From Lentisphaerae bacterium RIFOXYA12_64_32 (GTDB taxonomy: Bacteria; Verrucomicrobiota; Lentisphaeria; Oligosphaerales; YB12-FULL-65-16): a stretch of DNA of 24,021 nt. Positions 23,101 to 24,021 of the stretch are shown piece after piece; positions within the stretch are counted from its first letter, which is position 1, and every line of letters begins with the position of its first letter. The position numbers and the translations under genes are program-made. The notes below the pieces were generated by a model, which was not told the DNA's origin, ran no database searches, and was given only the letters and a program-made list of their open reading frames with translations. The stretch is from the NCBI GenBank assembly GCA_001803235.1, contig MHBL01000202.1:1-24021 (forward strand). Direction: 5' to 3'.

Positions 23101-23281
23101 GGAAACGGAGCCGTAGCGGCGCCCGGGAGGCGTCCTGCTTGCGGGGACTGAGGACCTTGATGGCCACCGGACGCTGCAGGTCGGGATCGTTGCAGAGGTA
23201 GACCGTCCCCATACCGCCGCGTCCGAGTACGCCGCGGATCTCGTATCGGTCAATGTGCGTCAGCTTAGTTCGTGTCGGCAC
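20186..23281 (-). CDS. Ser/Thr protein kinase (Hanks-type) with a C-terminal beta-sandwich domain (concanavalin/DUF1080-like) and a long helical-repeat (TPR-like) region
   Basis: GTG at 23281 has an AAGGA Shine-Dalgarno 6 nt upstream. The kinase has a Gly-loop GRGGMGTVY, a VAIK lysine, a catalytic loop HRDIKPSNIF and a DWG activation-loop motif (canonical DFG). The C-terminal Arg/Ser-rich tail (RRKSRHRRRSRNHSRSA) is encoded by a (CGGCGG)-like GC repeat, and the exact 3' end is uncertain. Confidence 0.85.
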   Translation of the reverse strand: MPTRTKLTHIDRYEIRGVLGRGGMGTVYLCNDPDLQRPVAIKVLSPRKQDASRAPLRLRFLREALTTAELQHPGVPPVYDVRQQANGQIYYVMKPIEGKPFNDILRDLRSNVSQVREEFDLFRLVGILRRVCQTVQYAHSKGYIHRDIKPSNIFVGDYGEVYVIDWGLTKAVRDKEKDEGTLGADEKPHDGDVATPAGDSTLTRTMPLGGVHRAPDGAIDVTVPLTLQGDVLGTVHYMPPEQASGKIRSLGPQADIYALGVILYEILTFELPIQGANFKEVLDKKLKGEIIPPELRAASREIPPELSAIAMQSMDPNPDERFKSVKEFSEALEFWMEGKSQFRNATRPTISKEDFVALPREARKGWKITREAITTLPLTAGGPAGYLLLAKEFIGDIRFSMNVIAYPVEEGRNRIAEFALVVSANAPKPWRGLMDAYTIHLAANGNTRAVISRKDAEVVSNEYLVLEPRRRYRLMLERTGNEIRVLLNRQVILFYHDRNPLSGLSLGFRHVGANIAYSNIRVQSKGLPTRIPSIEVPEALLQEGCFEGAMKRFLAIAVAHKDRYEGAWARYRAGIASYQLTHDRKEAVRIWAPLRKGPYALFESLGRAWIELENRHHLHAAQIIQALVSSGEPIPHVDPVADIAFDNAQQFLRQTPQSEKDWQVVDAWVRLALILGQRLEAKETLTPSILWRWILLALTKYPQHLSECILFLRDNFGKGQGAFADILTTIDPLMTILKRSAAMADNAFLMDKVMRLILNYDDNLGNLETIARFYLHSGHEDVTRRISQHICDLCKERNTDMPPMPIAFVACLAWLKNEKNARELIHMMIDQSVEWAIPDGLLLLGLDHYRLGEYAKAKECWLDVVEDPESVSYNRHLVAKGLLGELPPDPVAAKVPNRSDHRLLYCMFVGFKNYLDWRRTASAAAKETGIRLLGRSMALVRPSYDIYSATDTFSRLPLEAMGHPVPPRAQPAPLTSEEEDWLRKLAVAASQEEAAPNRNGSAAMNSSKRPSGSSRRKSRHRRRSRNHSRSA

Positions 23282-23590
23282 GTGCGATCCTTTGGCGGCG
23301 TCCCGGCCAGGAGTCTGGCCGCAGACACAACAAGAAGCGCCGCAGAGCTCGAACCTGGTCGATGGGGAGTCACCCGGTGGCGGTGCCAGGGTGCAACGCC
23401 CGGCATCGCCCTCGACGTCGGTTCTGTAGGCTGCGTTTCGTGGTTGTCCGGTTTTCCGGATGATGCCGGAAACGAAGCAGTTCTAGTTAACTTAGTGCCG
23501 GGAGGGAGGAAGGCAAGCTCCAGGTTGTGCGCAACGTAGTGCGCCAGCGCCCGGGGGGCGCTGACGCATTACGCCCCGCCGTACTGACGA

Positions 23591-23619
23591 CTTGACAGAT
23601 GCCGATTACCCGCTTAGCT
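23591..23619 (+). promoter_or_regulatory. Candidate sigma70-like promoter TTGACA-N17-TAGCTT facing the response-regulator gene
   Basis: Perfect -35 hexamer and weak -10. It is about 300 nt upstream of the ATG at 23926. Match by eye only. Confidence 0.2.
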
Positions 23620-23925
23620 TTGCCGTGGTTTGAGGCGAGGGATTCCATCGGCAACACGGTCCAGACAACGGCCGCGCCCGGCATGCGGGCGACGCAGGCG
23701 TGGTGGGTGTCTTGTCGCGACGCCAAGCGGCGCCGGACGCCGTCACGTTGCCCCGATGCGCATGCCGGCGCTGACTCGGGCCTGGGTCTCTCACCTTCGC
23801 ACCACCGCCGCACGGGGATACGCGGAGTTGCCCTGGGCGCGACGCCAATGCAACGAATGCCGCCTCCCGGGCCCGGATGCCGCTTGGCGGCCCGCGTCAC
23901 CGGGAGTCAGTGAGGCGACTCTGCC

Positions 23926-24021
23926 ATGAGAGCAACAGCCGAAACGACACCCCCTCCCGCGCGAATCCTCCTGGTCGATGACCACCCCGTCATGCGCCAC
24001 GGACTCGCCCAGTTGGTGGCC
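23926..24021 (+). CDS. Response regulator receiver domain (NarL/FixJ/LuxR-type), 5' partial; it runs off the window end
   Basis: MRATAETTPPPARILLVDDHPVMRHGLAQLVA is a typical receiver-domain N-terminus (ILLVDDHP). It is absent from the ORF table because no stop codon occurs before the window end. Confidence 0.6.
   Translation, partial: MRATAETTPPPARILLVDDHPVMRHGLAQLVA

Noticed and set aside
1-24021. tRNA, rRNA, CRISPR arrays, prophage/integrase/transposase genes and toxin-antitoxin pairs
   Set aside because: I saw no T-loop/D-loop-like conserved tRNA blocks or 16S/23S signatures. I saw no regularly spaced direct repeats with unique spacers. I saw no recombinase or transposase motifs in any frame. 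The small mobile elements found are all non-autonomous.

Overview
This 24 kb window is a GC-rich bacterial chromosomal segment. Third codon positions are almost all G/C, and many antisense frames stay open as artefacts. The gene content points to the PVC superphylum, probably Planctomycetota: a prepilin-type DUF1559 'H-X9-DG' protein, a Ser/Thr kinase with a beta-sandwich plus helical-repeat tail, and beta-helix/CBM-like secreted proteins.

Genes, left to right:
- a glycoside-hydrolase-like protein (193..2199, minus strand)
- a divergently transcribed alpha/beta-hydrolase esterase (2333..3661, plus)
- a decayed fragment of a sugar-ABC solute-binding protein (about 3788..4088)
- a large secreted right-handed beta-helix protein with two tandem CBM9-like domains (4179..7196, minus)
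- a transglutaminase-like protein (7277..8770, minus)
- a DUF1559/H-X9-DG gene (9321..10040, plus)
- a hypothetical protein whose motifs resemble a beta-carbonic-anhydrase zinc site (10566..11213, plus)
- an NfeD and flotillin pair (11365..11889 and 11960..13696, plus)
- diaminopimelate epimerase, dapF (14814..15710, plus)
- a small lipoprotein (15865..16176, plus)
- a sugar ABC solute-binding protein and two permeases with no ATPase in the window (16313..17614, 17820..18746, 19251..20069, plus)
- a 1031-aa Ser/Thr kinase (20186..23281, minus)
- the 5' end of a NarL/LuxR-type response regulator running off the window (from 23926, plus)

I found no rRNA, tRNA, CRISPR array, transposase or integrase.

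The unusual part is the non-coding DNA. It carries several families of small non-autonomous repeat elements:
- Two inverted palindromic elements of about 240 bp bracket the DUF1559 gene. Their outer 104-bp arms are 103/104 identical.
- A REP/MITE-like element occurs in three copies, each at a gene 3' end. One copy sits at the break of the decayed SBP fragment.
- A 152-bp MITE with 17-bp perfect terminal inverted repeats and a 9-bp target-site duplication lies upstream of dapF. It sits in a 1.1 kb non-coding island full of nested inverted repeats.
- A hairpin-dense 500-bp spacer splits the two permease genes.
- A 5 x 10-bp tandem repeat lies just upstream of the beta-helix gene.
- A short TTCAG-type motif recurs at gene boundaries.

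All functional calls rest on motif recognition in the translated ORFs. I ran no database searches.
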